Notes under the pieces: model-generated
Told to the model about the DNA's origin: nothing
What the model saw: only the letters and a program-made list of their open reading frames with translations
Databases searched by the model: none
Translations under genes and position numbers: made by a program
From: Gemmatimonadaceae bacterium
GTDB lineage: Bacteria > Gemmatimonadota > Gemmatimonadetes > Gemmatimonadales > Gemmatimonadaceae
Assembly: GCA_044224875.1 (NCBI GenBank)
Contig: JBGAJQ010000051.1
Location: forward strand, 1 to 38,423
DNA length: 38,423 bases
Direction of reading: 5' to 3'
Shown: positions 20,737 through 30,645 of the stretch, piece by piece
Numbering within the stretch: position 1 is the stretch's first letter
Layout of the letters: each line of letters begins with the position of its first letter

Positions 20737-22261
20737 TGAATTTCAACCTGGCCCTGCCGATGGACGTGACGCGAGCGCTCGCGCCGGACTTGTTGCTGTT
20801 TGGCGGCGCGATGGCGTTGATGCTGTGGTCGGCGTTTTCGACCGAGGGACCGGCCACCCAGAAACGCATCGGCTACGGCGCGATCGTGCTCGCCGCGCTC
20901 ACGCTGGGAGCGGTGATCGTTGCCAGCATGCGCGACCTGTCGGCCACACCCGGGATCGTGGCGGTCGACGGGTTCCGGTGGGCGGCAGACATGGTCTTCC
21001 TGTTGGGGGCGATCATCACCATCGCGGTGTCCCTCGACTACAACAACCGGGAAGGGATCGTTTCCGGTGAGACGCACGTGCTGGTGCTCTTTGCCGTGGG
21101 TGGCATGATGCTGATGGTCGCCGCGCGCGACTTGATGCTGCTGTTCCTTGGCATCGAGACCATGTCGGTGGCCGTTTACGTGCTCGCCGGCATGAATCGG
21201 CGCAGCGTGCGGTCCGCGGAAGGTGCCCTGAAGTACTTCTTGCTCGGCGCCTTCTCCACCGCCTTCCTGCTATACGGCATCGCGCTCCTCTACGGGTCCA
21301 CCGGGACGACGAACCTGAAGGTGATTGGGGAGCGCATCGCGACGTTGCACCTGCAGGACAGCGCCATGCTCCTGGTGGGTATCGCGTTGCTGCTGGTCGG
21401 CTTCGCGTTCAAGATGGCAGCGGTTCCGTTCCACATGTGGGCCCCGGATGTGTACGAGGGCGCCCCCACACCAATCACGGGGTTCATGGCCGCCACCGTC
21501 AAGGCGGCGGCGTTCGCGGCGTTCCTTCGCGTGTGGCTGGCAGCCTTGAGCGGTGTCTACGGCCACTGGCACGCCGCGGTATGGTGGCTCAGCGCCGCAA
21601 CCATGGTGGTCGGGAACCTCGTCGCGCTGCAACAGAAGAACCTCAAGCGCATGCTGGCCTATTCGAGCATTGGCCACACCGGCTTTGTTCTCGTCTCCGT
21701 GTCCGCAGGTACGACGCAAGCCGCGAATGCGTTTCTGTTCTATCTCGTCGCCTATACGCTGGCGACGATGGGTGCGTTTGCCGTGATCATCGCGCTTGGC
21801 ACCGCCGGTTCGCCGCGAGAGCGGATCGAGGATTACCACGGCTTGTGGCAGGAGCGACCCGGAATGGCGATCGCCATGACCGTGTTCATGCTGGCGTTGC
21901 TTGGCTTCCCGATCTTCGGCGGCATGGGCTTCTTTGCCAAGTGGTACGTACTGCAGGCCGCGTTGCAGGCGGCGGCACCTCAAACTCGCTTGGCCGTGCT
22001 TCTTGTGCTCACGACCACGGTGTCTGCCGGCTACTACCTGTACGTGGTGATGGTGATGTTCATGAAGCCGCGCCCTGAAGGCGGCGAACCGTTGCCACCA
22101 AGCACCGGCCTGACACGTCTGGTGATACTGCGTCCATCGCGGCCTCCGTGTTTGGGATCTTCCCGGACCCCGTGGTGCGTTGGACCAGGTCGGGAAGCGA
22201 TATTGCTCCAGCCGTCCAGCCCCCGGCGCCTAACGTGGCGCAGGCGGCGGTCACGCACTAA
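20736..22261 (+). CDS. nuoN: NADH-quinone oxidoreductase subunit N (apparent frameshift near 22128-22130)
   Basis: EGALKYFLLG, FKMAAVPFHMWAPDVYEGAPTP, KRMLAYSSIGH. The expected last TM segment (ASIAASVFGIFPDPVVRW..) continues in another frame from about 22130 and ends at TAA 22259-22261. Confidence 0.88.
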
Positions 22262-22268
22262 GGTTGGT

Positions 22269-22295
22269 GGCCGCTATAGCGGCCCCGCGCTTTTT
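22269..22295 (+). terminator. Palindrome plus T-tract after the corrected nuoN end (putative terminator)
   Basis: Perfect 16-bp palindrome GGCCGCTATAGCGGCC (22269-22284), with TTTTT at 22291-22295. Confidence 0.4.
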
Positions 22296-22304
22296 CCGAG
22301 GTCC

Positions 22305-23669
22305 AAGGCCATCTCGCCAATCTTCCGGCAGTACGACATCCGCGGCATCGTCGATCGCGACTTGACCACCGAAGCCGCGTACGGTGTAGGTCGTGCGTAT
22401 GCCGCCCTGCTTGCGGCCAAGGGGATCAAAGGTGCGGTGGCCGTGGGGCGCGACAACCGGCCGAGTGGCCCGCAATTGCGTGACGCCTTGGTGCGCGGCC
22501 TTACGGAGTGTGGAGTCGATGTCATCGACGTGGACGTCGTCCCCACCCCGATTCTCTACTGGTCGTTGCACCACCTCCCGGTGATCGGCGGCATCCAGAT
22601 CACAGGTTCGCACAATCCGCCAGAGTACAACGGATTCAAGTTGTGCCTTGGATATGAGTCGATCCATGGCGATGGAATTCAGGGACTGCGTGCGCTCATT
22701 GAAGCTGGTGTGTTCCCGAAGGGTCAGGGAACGGTCCGCGGCGAACACGTCATCGACCGGTACGTGGATGACATCATCGGGAAGATTGGGCCGCTGTCGC
22801 GCCGTTTGCGGGTGGTGGTCGACGCTGGCAATGGTGCCGGTGCTTTGGTGGCGGAGAAGTTGTTCAGTCGGCTAGGTGTGGACGCCACCTACCTGTTCTG
22901 TGAGTCGGACGGGACCTTCCCCAATCACCATCCGGATCCGACCGTCGTGGAGAACCTGCACGACATCATCGCCGCGGTGCGTCGCACCAAGGCGGATATC
23001 GGCATCGCCTTCGATGGCGACGCGGACCGAATCGGCGTGATCGACAATCAGGGCGAGATCGTTTGGGGTGACCACGTCCTCATCCTGTATGCGCGAGATG
23101 TGCTGGCGCGAACCGGGAAGGGACAGTCGATCATCTTCGACGTGAAGTGCTCGCAGGCCTTGCCTCACGCAATTGCCGAGGCGGGCGGAAAGCCGGTGAT
23201 GTGGAAGACGGGTCACTCACTCATCAAGGAGCGGATGAAGGAGCTGCACGCCCCCATCGCCGGCGAAATGAGCGGGCACATGTTCTTCACGGAAGGCTTC
23301 TACGGACACGACGACGCCATGTACGGGGGCGCGCGCCTCTTGCGCATTGTCGCCGATGCCGGCCGGAGCGTGCATGACCTCCTCTCCGACGTTCCGAAGT
23401 TCGTGAGCACGCCGGAACTTCGCGTGGATTGTCCAGACGAACGTAAGTTCGCCATCGTGGAGCAAGCCGCACGGCACTTCAAGGCGACTCATGACGTCAT
23501 CGATGTCGATGGGGTGCGCGTCCTGTTCGGCGACGGGTGGGGTCTCATTCGCGCCTCCAACACGCAGCCCGTGCTCGTGACGCGGTACGAAGCCCGGACG
23601 CCTGAACGCCTGGCGCAGATTCAGGGCGAGATGGAGGGATGGTTGCGCGCGCAGGGAATCGAGCCGTAA
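22305..23669 (+). CDS. Phosphomannomutase/phosphoglucomutase (alpha-D-phosphohexomutase); start codon not intact in this sequence
   Basis: IFRQYDIRG, ITGSHNPPEYNGFK (catalytic Ser), AFDGDADR, GEMSGH, RASNTQP. A GAGG RBS at 22298 precedes an in-frame AAG at 22305 where ATG is expected. Confidence 0.9.
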   Translation, partial: KAISPIFRQYDIRGIVDRDLTTEAAYGVGRAYAALLAAKGIKGAVAVGRDNRPSGPQLRDALVRGLTECGVDVIDVDVVPTPILYWSLHHLPVIGGIQITGSHNPPEYNGFKLCLGYESIHGDGIQGLRALIEAGVFPKGQGTVRGEHVIDRYVDDIIGKIGPLSRRLRVVVDAGNGAGALVAEKLFSRLGVDATYLFCESDGTFPNHHPDPTVVENLHDIIAAVRRTKADIGIAFDGDADRIGVIDNQGEIVWGDHVLILYARDVLARTGKGQSIIFDVKCSQALPHAIAEAGGKPVMWKTGHSLIKERMKELHAPIAGEMSGHMFFTEGFYGHDDAMYGGARLLRIVADAGRSVHDLLSDVPKFVSTPELRVDCPDERKFAIVEQAARHFKATHDVIDVDGVRVLFGDGWGLIRASNTQPVLVTRYEARTPERLAQIQGEMEGWLRAQGIEP

Positions 23670-23670
23670 C

Positions 23671-26139
23671 GTGCGCACGCGCCGGTGGCTCGTCGCGATC
23701 CTGGTCGCGATCGCGCTGCTCCTGCTGGCCGGACGCGCCGTCGCGGGATGGTACGTAGACTATCGGTGGTATGAAGCGTTAGGCGCCGCGGACTTGTGGC
23801 AAGCCAGGGAGTGGAACCTGTTCTTGCTGCGAGGGGTCACGTTCCTGGTTGGGGGCGTTTTCGTGTTCCTCAACCTTTTTGCCGTTCGTGCATCCGTGGC
23901 GTCGCTCGTGCTGCCGCGCCGCGTGGGGAACCTCGAGATTGGGGAGGAAGTCCCCAGCCGGTACCTCATGCTGGCGGTGATCGTGTTGACCATCGTCGTC
24001 GCGGCGCTGCTGGCGATTCCGCACGACGAGTGGATGTCACTCGAACTGATCCGACACGGCGAACGTTTTGGCGAGACCGATCCGTACTTCCAGTTCGATC
24101 TGGCCTTTTGGCTTTATTGGCTTCCCCTGGAGACGGCCCTCCACGTGTGGTCGCTGATCGCCCTCATGACCGTCACGCTGCTCGTACTGTTCCTGTACGC
24201 GCTCACCCCCAGCCTGCGATGGGAAGGCGGACGACTCCATGTCTCTGGATACGTGAGGCGGCACCTGTTCGCACTCGGCGCCGTGATGCTGCTGTTGCTC
24301 GGCTGGAACTATCGACTCGATGCGTATTCCTTGCTCAACAACGGGAGCGGGGCGTTGGGTGGCTTTACCGCCATCGACCACAAGGTCGGCATACCGGTCA
24401 ACCTCGTACTCGCGCTGCTGACGTTGGCCGCGGCAATGCTGGTGTTGTGGTCCGGCTGGCTCGGTCAAGTGAAGCTGGCGTTTTTTTCCGTCACCACGGT
24501 GCTACTCCTGGCATTGACGCTGCGTCAGGTGGTGCCGCCGGTGGCCCAACGTTTTGTGACGCCGGGCGACCCGGAACTCCGCGAGCGGCCGTACCTGCAG
24601 ACGCGCGACGGGTACACGCGGCGCGCGTACGATGTGGACCGCCTAACGCGCGAGGACTCGGTTCGCGCGCCGTCACCTGGGCTGGCGATGCGTGGCGCCG
24701 CGCTCTGGGACACGCAGGCCCTCGAACAGGCGGTGTCCCGCGGCCCTCGCGGCACGCGAACCGCCGGTGGCCTCGGATGGGATGTAGCTGACGGGCGCCC
24801 AGTGGGCCTGATGGTGGCGCCACCCACCGGGCCAGATGCGGCCGACCCCGTCGCGGGGTGGAGCATCACGCGGTATGCCGGCGACGTGGCCGGCGAACGG
24901 GGCGCGCCACTCGAACGACTCGACGTCTCCTCCGCCGATGCCAGCGTCGCTCGCGCCGTACTCGTGTTCGACTCGGTTTCATCATACCTGGTGCTTTCCG
25001 ATTCCGCCGATCGCGTCGCGGGGAGCGACCTCTCCACACTGGCCAGCCGGGTCGCGCACGCGTGGAGTCTGCAGAACCCGCGCTTGCTCGGGTCGGAGGT
25101 GCCGGCACGCGGGCGCATCATCCTGCACCGCAACGTGCGCGAACGGATCGCCGCCCTGTACCCGTTCTACACGACCGGGCCCCGCGTTGACCCCGTGGCC
25201 TGGCGCGATTCACTGTTCTGGGTAGCGCACTTGTACAGCGCCTCGGCGTGGTACCCCCTGAGTGACGCCATGCATTTTGGCAGCGAGGACGTGCACTACC
25301 TCAGGCACGCGGCCATAGCCATAGTCAATGCGCATACGGGACGCGTTCGCGCCATTCCGGACTTGACGCCGGATCCCGTGGCGACGACCTGGATGCATCG
25401 GTTCCCATCGCTCTTTGTCGCGGCCAGCGAAGTGGATCCGGACCTAACGAACCGGATTCCGCCGGCAACGGACGGCGCGTTGGTCCAGGCGACCGCCTTC
25501 GCCCAGGTCGGCGTTCGTGGCGAATATCTCCCGCCATCCCACCTTCCAAAGTGGACCGGGGGCGATCGCATGTTCGGTCTCGATCGCCTAGCACCCTTCG
25601 TGGATGCGAACACCGGGCTGCAGGCGATCACGCTACCTGTGCTCGACGCGGCGGACCGCGTTCGCGGAGTAATTTCCGTGGCTGGCGGGGCGACCTACGA
25701 ACCGCGTTTCCGGCCGCTACGGACGGGGTCACCCCGCTGGGGATATGTGCTCGAGCGATTGTTGCGGCTGCCAGACACGCTCGCCGCGGCGACCCCGCGC
25801 GATGGCCGGCTTAGCCGCGGGCCCGTGCGGGTCCTCCCCCAAGGCGATGGCATCGCATTTCTGCAATCCATTTATTCGGCACGCGCCGATGGTTCGTTGC
25901 AGGTTGCAGCCGCAGCGGTTCTTTCAGGCGATTCGCTCGGCGTGGGGAATACGGTGGCCGCCGCCATTGGCGCGCCGGCGCCGCAAGCGAGTGAAACGCC
26001 GTTGACACCGGAGGAATTCAAGGCCCGCGTGGAGGCACTGTACGCGGACATGCGCGAGGCCACGAGACGCGGTGACTTCCGGGCGTTTGGCGTGGCGTAT
26101 GAGGCGTTGGGGAAGCTGTTGCGTATGCCCAGTCGCTAA
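23671..26139 (+). CDS. UPF0182 family membrane protein
   Basis: N-terminal TM helix then WYVDYRWYEALG, FGETDPYFQFDLAFW, ELRERPYL...TRRAY, and C-terminal GDFRAFG..YE.L typical of UPF0182. Confidence 0.8.
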   Translation: MRTRRWLVAILVAIALLLLAGRAVAGWYVDYRWYEALGAADLWQAREWNLFLLRGVTFLVGGVFVFLNLFAVRASVASLVLPRRVGNLEIGEEVPSRYLMLAVIVLTIVVAALLAIPHDEWMSLELIRHGERFGETDPYFQFDLAFWLYWLPLETALHVWSLIALMTVTLLVLFLYALTPSLRWEGGRLHVSGYVRRHLFALGAVMLLLLGWNYRLDAYSLLNNGSGALGGFTAIDHKVGIPVNLVLALLTLAAAMLVLWSGWLGQVKLAFFSVTTVLLLALTLRQVVPPVAQRFVTPGDPELRERPYLQTRDGYTRRAYDVDRLTREDSVRAPSPGLAMRGAALWDTQALEQAVSRGPRGTRTAGGLGWDVADGRPVGLMVAPPTGPDAADPVAGWSITRYAGDVAGERGAPLERLDVSSADASVARAVLVFDSVSSYLVLSDSADRVAGSDLSTLASRVAHAWSLQNPRLLGSEVPARGRIILHRNVRERIAALYPFYTTGPRVDPVAWRDSLFWVAHLYSASAWYPLSDAMHFGSEDVHYLRHAAIAIVNAHTGRVRAIPDLTPDPVATTWMHRFPSLFVAASEVDPDLTNRIPPATDGALVQATAFAQVGVRGEYLPPSHLPKWTGGDRMFGLDRLAPFVDANTGLQAITLPVLDAADRVRGVISVAGGATYEPRFRPLRTGSPRWGYVLERLLRLPDTLAAATPRDGRLSRGPVRVLPQGDGIAFLQSIYSARADGSLQVAAAAVLSGDSLGVGNTVAAAIGAPAPQASETPLTPEEFKARVEALYADMREATRRGDFRAFGVAYEALGKLLRMPSR

Positions 26140-26195
26140 GCTTGTTTGCCTTCCACCCTCCTCATACCTTGCGCCGCCGAACTCCTCGCAACTCC

Positions 26196-27161
26196 ATGGC
26201 CTCGCGAAAGACCAATCCGACCGCGGTGGTAGCGCTTGGGGGCAATGCGCTCGCGCCAGAGGGGGAGCGTGCGTCCGTCTACGACCAGTTTCGGCACACC
26301 CGCGAGAGCCTCGGACCAATCGTTGACCTTGCATTGGACGGCTGGAACCTATGCGTCGTGCACGGGAACGGACCGCAGGTGGGCGACGAGCTGTTGCGAA
26401 ACGAGATGGCTCGCAACGAGGTCTCGCCATTGCCGCTGGGCGTGCTGGTTGCCGGCACCGCCGGTTGGATCGGCTACATGATCCAGCAGTCGGTGGAGAA
26501 TGCGCTACGTCGTATGGGGAGCTCGCGTGACGTGGCAACCATCGTGACCCAGGTTCACGTGGACCCCGACGACCCCACGTGGAAAACGCCGACCAAACCG
26601 ATCGGGCACGCCATCCCGGACGATCGAGCGGAGGTGCTGATTCGCGAGGGATACACGATCAAGCCGGATGCTCGTGGTCGCAGGCGGCGAGTGGTTGCCA
26701 GCCCACGACCGCTCGCCATTCATGAATTGGCGAGCATTCGCACCTTGGTGTTGCGGGGCACCATTGTGGTCGCGTGTGGCGGCGGCGGTGCGCCCGTGTA
26801 TTTCGACAACGAGCGCCAGGGCTGGGAAGGAATGGACGCCGTGGTTGACAAGGATTTGGCAAGCGCCGTCCTGGCGCGCGATCTCGGCGCCGAACTACTG
26901 TTGATCCTGACGGATGTGGATGCGATCTATCTGGACTGGGGAAAGCCAACCCAGCGAGCGTTGCGTCGGCTGTCCATTGCCGACGCCGAGCGTCTGGATG
27001 CGGAAGGGGTGTTTGGGGAGGGAAGCATGGCGCCAAAGGTGCGGGCTGCCGTTGACTTCGTGAAGCATACCGACGGGCGCGCCATTATTACCGAATTGCA
27101 CAAGGGAAGAGCCGCCGTGCGCGGCGAGGCAGGAACGACGATCACCGCGGAGACCGTGTGA
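26196..27161 (+). CDS. arcC: Carbamate kinase
   Basis: VVALGGNAL, VHGNGPQVG, PTKPIG, RRVVASPRP, CGGGGAPV, AVVDKDLAS, LTDVD, GSMAPKVRAA. Start taken as ATG 26196. Confidence 0.92.
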   Translation: MASRKTNPTAVVALGGNALAPEGERASVYDQFRHTRESLGPIVDLALDGWNLCVVHGNGPQVGDELLRNEMARNEVSPLPLGVLVAGTAGWIGYMIQQSVENALRRMGSSRDVATIVTQVHVDPDDPTWKTPTKPIGHAIPDDRAEVLIREGYTIKPDARGRRRRVVASPRPLAIHELASIRTLVLRGTIVVACGGGGAPVYFDNERQGWEGMDAVVDKDLASAVLARDLGAELLLILTDVDAIYLDWGKPTQRALRRLSIADAERLDAEGVFGEGSMAPKVRAAVDFVKHTDGRAIITELHKGRAAVRGEAGTTITAETV

Positions 27162-28303
27162 ATATCCATGAATATCAGGCGAAGGACATCCTTCGCGCGT
27201 TAGGCGTCCCAATTCCACCCGGCGAGGTGGCCACCACCGCCGCCGACGCCGAGGCTATTGCCCGAAAGATCGGCCGTACGGTGGTGGTTAAGGCACAGGT
27301 GCACGCCGGCGGCCGGGGCAAGGCCGGTGGGGTGAAGCTGGCGAAGACACCAGAAGAAGCGCGTGAAAAAGCGCAGGCCATCCTGGGGATGCAGATCAAG
27401 GGCCTCACCGTGCAGAAGGTGCTGGTGACGGATGCGGCAGACATTGCCAGCGAGGCGTACGTGGGCATTATCCTCGATCGCGCCAGCAAGCGTCCGGTCT
27501 TCATGGTGAGTCCGGCGGGCGGCATCGACATCGAGGAAGTCGCCGCAACGACACCAGAGAAGATCCTCAAGCTGCCGATCGACACGCGCTATGGCCTGCA
27601 GCCGTTTCAGGCCATGCGTCTCGGATTCTTCCTGTATGACGACCTCGCGAAGGCGCGAGCGGCAGCCAAGATCATGCAGCAGCTGTATCAAGGTTTCATG
27701 CAGAGCGGGTGCTCGCTGGCTGAGATCAATCCGCTGGTCGTCACACCGGCCGGTGAAGTCGTTGCCCTCGATGCCAAGATGGTCATCGATGACAACGAAC
27801 TCGATCGTCGTCCGACCATCGCGGCCCTTCGAGACGAATCCGCCGAAGCGCCCAGCGAGGTGCAGGCGCGCAATGCCAACCTCACGTTCATCAAGTTGGA
27901 CGGAAACGTCGGCTGTTGCGTGAACGGCGCCGGACTCGCCATGGCAACGATGGACTTGGTGAAATACTACGGTGGAGAACCCGCGAACTTTCTGGACATT
28001 GGTGGCTCGTCGAATCCGGAAAAAGTGGTGAATGCCCTGCGCATCATCACGGCCGATCCGAACGTCAAGGCGATTCTCTTCAATATCTTCGGCGGGATCA
28101 CTCGCACCGACGACGTTGCCAACGGGATCGTGACGGCCACGCGGGAGAATCCGCTGAAGGTTCCGATCGTCATCCGCCTAACGGGCACGAATGAGGAAAT
28201 CGCCGTGAAGATCCTCAAGGACAACGGATTCTCGGCATCAAACGACATGGACGAAGCCGTCAAGCGAGCCGTCGAGCTCGCGACCGGAGGAAAGGCCGCG
28301 TGA
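27158..28303 (+). CDS. sucC: Succinyl-CoA synthetase beta subunit
   Basis: [57 protein letters not shown]. Confidence 0.97.
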   Translation: MNIHEYQAKDILRALGVPIPPGEVATTAADAEAIARKIGRTVVVKAQVHAGGRGKAGGVKLAKTPEEAREKAQAILGMQIKGLTVQKVLVTDAADIASEAYVGIILDRASKRPVFMVSPAGGIDIEEVAATTPEKILKLPIDTRYGLQPFQAMRLGFFLYDDLAKARAAAKIMQQLYQGFMQSGCSLAEINPLVVTPAGEVVALDAKMVIDDNELDRRPTIAALRDESAEAPSEVQARNANLTFIKLDGNVGCCVNGAGLAMATMDLVKYYGGEPANFLDIGGSSNPEKVVNALRIITADPNVKAILFNIFGGITRTDDVANGIVTATRENPLKVPIVIRLTGTNEEIAVKILKDNGFSASNDMDEAVKRAVELATGGKAA

Positions 28304-29172
28304 GCATCTTCATCAACAAGGAAACCACCGTGGTGGTGCAGGGCATCACGGGGCGCGACGGATCGTTTCACAGCAAACAGATGCTGGAATACGGCACCCG
28401 CATCGTCGCTGGCGTGACTCCCGGGAAGGGGGGGCAGAAATTCGAGAACAGCGTCCCCGTCTTTCATACCGTTGCCGATGCCGTGCAGTCGACCGGTGCG
28501 ACATGCTCCGTGATCTACGTGCCGCCACTCTTCGCAGCTGACGCAATCATGGAGGCCGCGGAGGCTGGCGTGCAGTTGATTGTGGCCATAACCGAAGGCG
28601 TTCCCGTCCTCGACATGACACGCGTCTATCCCTTCGTGAAGGAGAAGGGCGCGCGGCTCATCGGTCCCAATTGCCCGGGACTCATCTCACCCGCGCAGTC
28701 GAAGGTCGGGATCATTCCGGGCCGAATCTGCACACCGGGTCCGGTCGGCGTCGTTTCGCGCTCCGGGACGCTGACCTACGAGATCGTGTACCAGCTGACG
28801 CGCGCGGGCATCGGCCAGACCACCTGCGTGGGCATCGGCGGCGATCCTATTAACGGCACGAACTTCATTGACTGCCTGGCTGCCTTTGAGGCGGACCCAC
28901 AGACAAAGGTCGTGTGCTTGATGGGAGAGATCGGTGGCACCGACGAACAGGACGCCGCGACCTACATCAAGACCAAGATGACCAAACCCGTCGTCGGCTT
29001 CATCGCTGGTCAAACGGCGCCGCCAGGACGGCGCATGGGACACGCAGGCGCTATCATCTCCGGTTCGGCGGGCACCGCTGCCGAAAAGATCGCGTCGTTC
29101 GAAGCAGCAGGAATGGGCGTGGCGCGTCGCCCGATCGACTTTGTTGAACTCGTCAAACAGCGTCTTCACTAA
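28300..29172 (+). CDS. sucD: Succinyl-CoA synthetase alpha subunit
   Basis: [45 protein letters not shown] (phospho-His). Confidence 0.97.
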   Translation: MSIFINKETTVVVQGITGRDGSFHSKQMLEYGTRIVAGVTPGKGGQKFENSVPVFHTVADAVQSTGATCSVIYVPPLFAADAIMEAAEAGVQLIVAITEGVPVLDMTRVYPFVKEKGARLIGPNCPGLISPAQSKVGIIPGRICTPGPVGVVSRSGTLTYEIVYQLTRAGIGQTTCVGIGGDPINGTNFIDCLAAFEADPQTKVVCLMGEIGGTDEQDAATYIKTKMTKPVVGFIAGQTAPPGRRMGHAGAIISGSAGTAAEKIASFEAAGMGVARRPIDFVELVKQRLH

Positions 29173-29197
29173 GGGATTCAGGAGCACTAATACGCAT

Positions 29198-29626
29198 ATG
29201 GCTGGAAATCGTACACTCACGATCGTCAAGCCCGACGCCTTTGCCTCGGGCAAGGCGGGAAAGATCGTCGCGCATCTGGAAGCCGCGGGATTCAAGATCG
29301 TGGCGACTCGCGTTCTACAACTCTCCACCGCACAGGCCGAGGGCTTTTACGAAGTCCACAAGGAAAGGCCCTTCTTCCGATCGCTCGTCACCTTCATGAC
29401 CTCCGGGAAGTGCCAGCCCATGGTGCTCGAACGCGCCGACGCCGTGGCAGAGCTGCGGAAAGTGATCGGGGCGACCGATCCGGCAGAAGCGGCACCGGGC
29501 ACCGTTCGCAAGCTCTACGCAGAATCCAAGGAGCGGAACGCGATCCACGCCTCCGACTCCGACGAAAACGCGGAGCGCGAATCGCGTTTCTTCTTCGCGG
29601 AATCCGAGTTGATCGCCAATCGCTAA
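29198..29626 (+). CDS. ndk: Nucleoside diphosphate kinase
   Basis: RTLTIVKPDA, FYEVHKERPFF, IGATDP, NAIHASDS. AGGAG RBS before ATG 29198. Confidence 0.96.
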   Translation: MAGNRTLTIVKPDAFASGKAGKIVAHLEAAGFKIVATRVLQLSTAQAEGFYEVHKERPFFRSLVTFMTSGKCQPMVLERADAVAELRKVIGATDPAEAAPGTVRKLYAESKERNAIHASDSDENAERESRFFFAESELIANR

Positions 29627-29644
29627 GGATCGGAAGCGTTCTTC

Positions 29645-29684
29645 GGCGCCCGGTGGCATCTCCTGCCATCGGGCGCTTTTCTTT
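29645..29684 (+). terminator. Rho-independent terminator after ndk
   Basis: Stem GGCGCCCGGTGGCA / TGCCATCGGGCGCT with a 5-nt loop, followed by TTTCTTT. Confidence 0.8.
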
Positions 29685-29858
29685 CGCCACGGTGGGGGGC
29701 TCGTCGCTGCCGCGTTTGGGGTCCTGATCACGGCCGCCCGAATGGCCGCGTCCGGCCTGCGCGTCCTGCCCTTCGCTGACCAAATTCCAGGAATAGTGCT
29801 CGTTGTTGGGCATTCACTCGCCGAACATGGGTCGGCGCCCAAGCCAACGAGCCTGATT

Positions 29859-29869
29859 TTGTCGTAAGT
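29859..29869 (+). promoter_or_regulatory. Upstream element TTGTCGTAAGT, 17 nt before the yceD -35 box (copy 2)
   Basis: Identical to 7727-7737 with the same spacing. Confidence 0.55.
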
Positions 29870-29886
29870 CTCGTTGTCAGGCCGAC

Positions 29887-29915
29887 TTGAACGCCGTCAC
29901 AAGATCCGCTAAATT
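29887..29915 (+). promoter_or_regulatory. Putative sigma70 promoter of the yceD-rpmF-plsX-fab operon (probably leaderless yceD)
   Basis: TTGAAC (29887-29892), 17-nt spacer, TAAATT (29910-29915). The ATG follows 8 nt later with no SD sequence. Confidence 0.65.
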
Positions 29916-29923
29916 TCGCGGCT

Positions 29924-30430
29924 ATGCTGTCCTTCGACCTTACGACGCTCGGCTCCCACGCCATCCAAGTCGATGGGGAGTTAGGATCCGACGACCCCAT
30001 TTGGGGCGACACGGAGGCGAAGCCGGCTGCAGGGGTGCACGTCACGGGCAGACTCTCGTCGGCTGGGTCAGATCGCTTTTATTTCAGCGGCGATCTCGCC
30101 GGTTCTATCGCCGGTTCGTGTCGTCGCTGCTTGAAGCCCGTAACCCTTCCGCTGAACGAGGAAATGCACGTCCTTTTCGCTCGCGAGGGGGACGACGAGA
30201 TTGACGACCCAGACGTGTACGTGATCGAGGCACGGTCGCGGGAGTTGGATGTTCGCCCCGCGGTGCGAGAGCAGTGGATCCTGGCGGCCCCAGCGTTCAT
30301 GGTGTGCCGCGAGGATTGCAAGGGGCTCTGCGCGCAGTGCGGCGCCGACCTGAATGACGGACCTTGTGGGTGTGAACCTGCAACCGACAGCCGGTGGGAT
30401 TCCCTGCGCAAGGCGCGCGGATCAACCTGA
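29924..30430 (+). CDS. yceD: DUF177/YceD family 23S rRNA accumulation protein
   Basis: CRRCL, CREDCKGLCAQCGADLN..CGC, DSRW..L; canonical position before rpmF. Confidence 0.92.
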   Translation: MLSFDLTTLGSHAIQVDGELGSDDPIWGDTEAKPAAGVHVTGRLSSAGSDRFYFSGDLAGSIAGSCRRCLKPVTLPLNEEMHVLFAREGDDEIDDPDVYVIEARSRELDVRPAVREQWILAAPAFMVCREDCKGLCAQCGADLNDGPCGCEPATDSRWDSLRKARGST

Positions 30431-30460
30431 CCAGCAGAACCTTTTTACCTAACGACTCCG

Positions 30461-30643
30461 ATGGCTGTACCCAAGAGACGCACGTCCAAGCGAAAGAAGC
30501 GCGCACGCAACACCCATAAGGCCGCCCCGGCCATCGTGCTGCAGAAGTGCCCGCGCTGCCAGAGCCCCAAGCGCCCCCATCGGGTGTGCGCTGAATGCGG
30601 CTATTACGCGGGTGAACAGCGAGTCGCGGCCCGGGAAGCCTAG
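30461..30643 (+). CDS. rpmF: 50S ribosomal protein L32 (Zn-ribbon form)
   Basis: MAVPKRRTSKRKKR, CPRC..PHRVCAECGYY. Confidence 0.97.
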   Translation: MAVPKRRTSKRKKRARNTHKAAPAIVLQKCPRCQSPKRPHRVCAECGYYAGEQRVAAREA

Positions 30644-30645
30644 CC

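Noticed and set aside
20733..23669. 978-aa ORF as a novel NuoN-PMM fusion protein
   Set aside because: The proper NuoN C-terminus and stop lie in another frame, with a hairpin and RBS before the PMM domain. Treated as two genes with a probable sequence error.
29315..30045. Minus-strand ORFs spanning the ndk-yceD gap
   Set aside because: They overlap ndk, its terminator or yceD in antisense and show no protein-like features.
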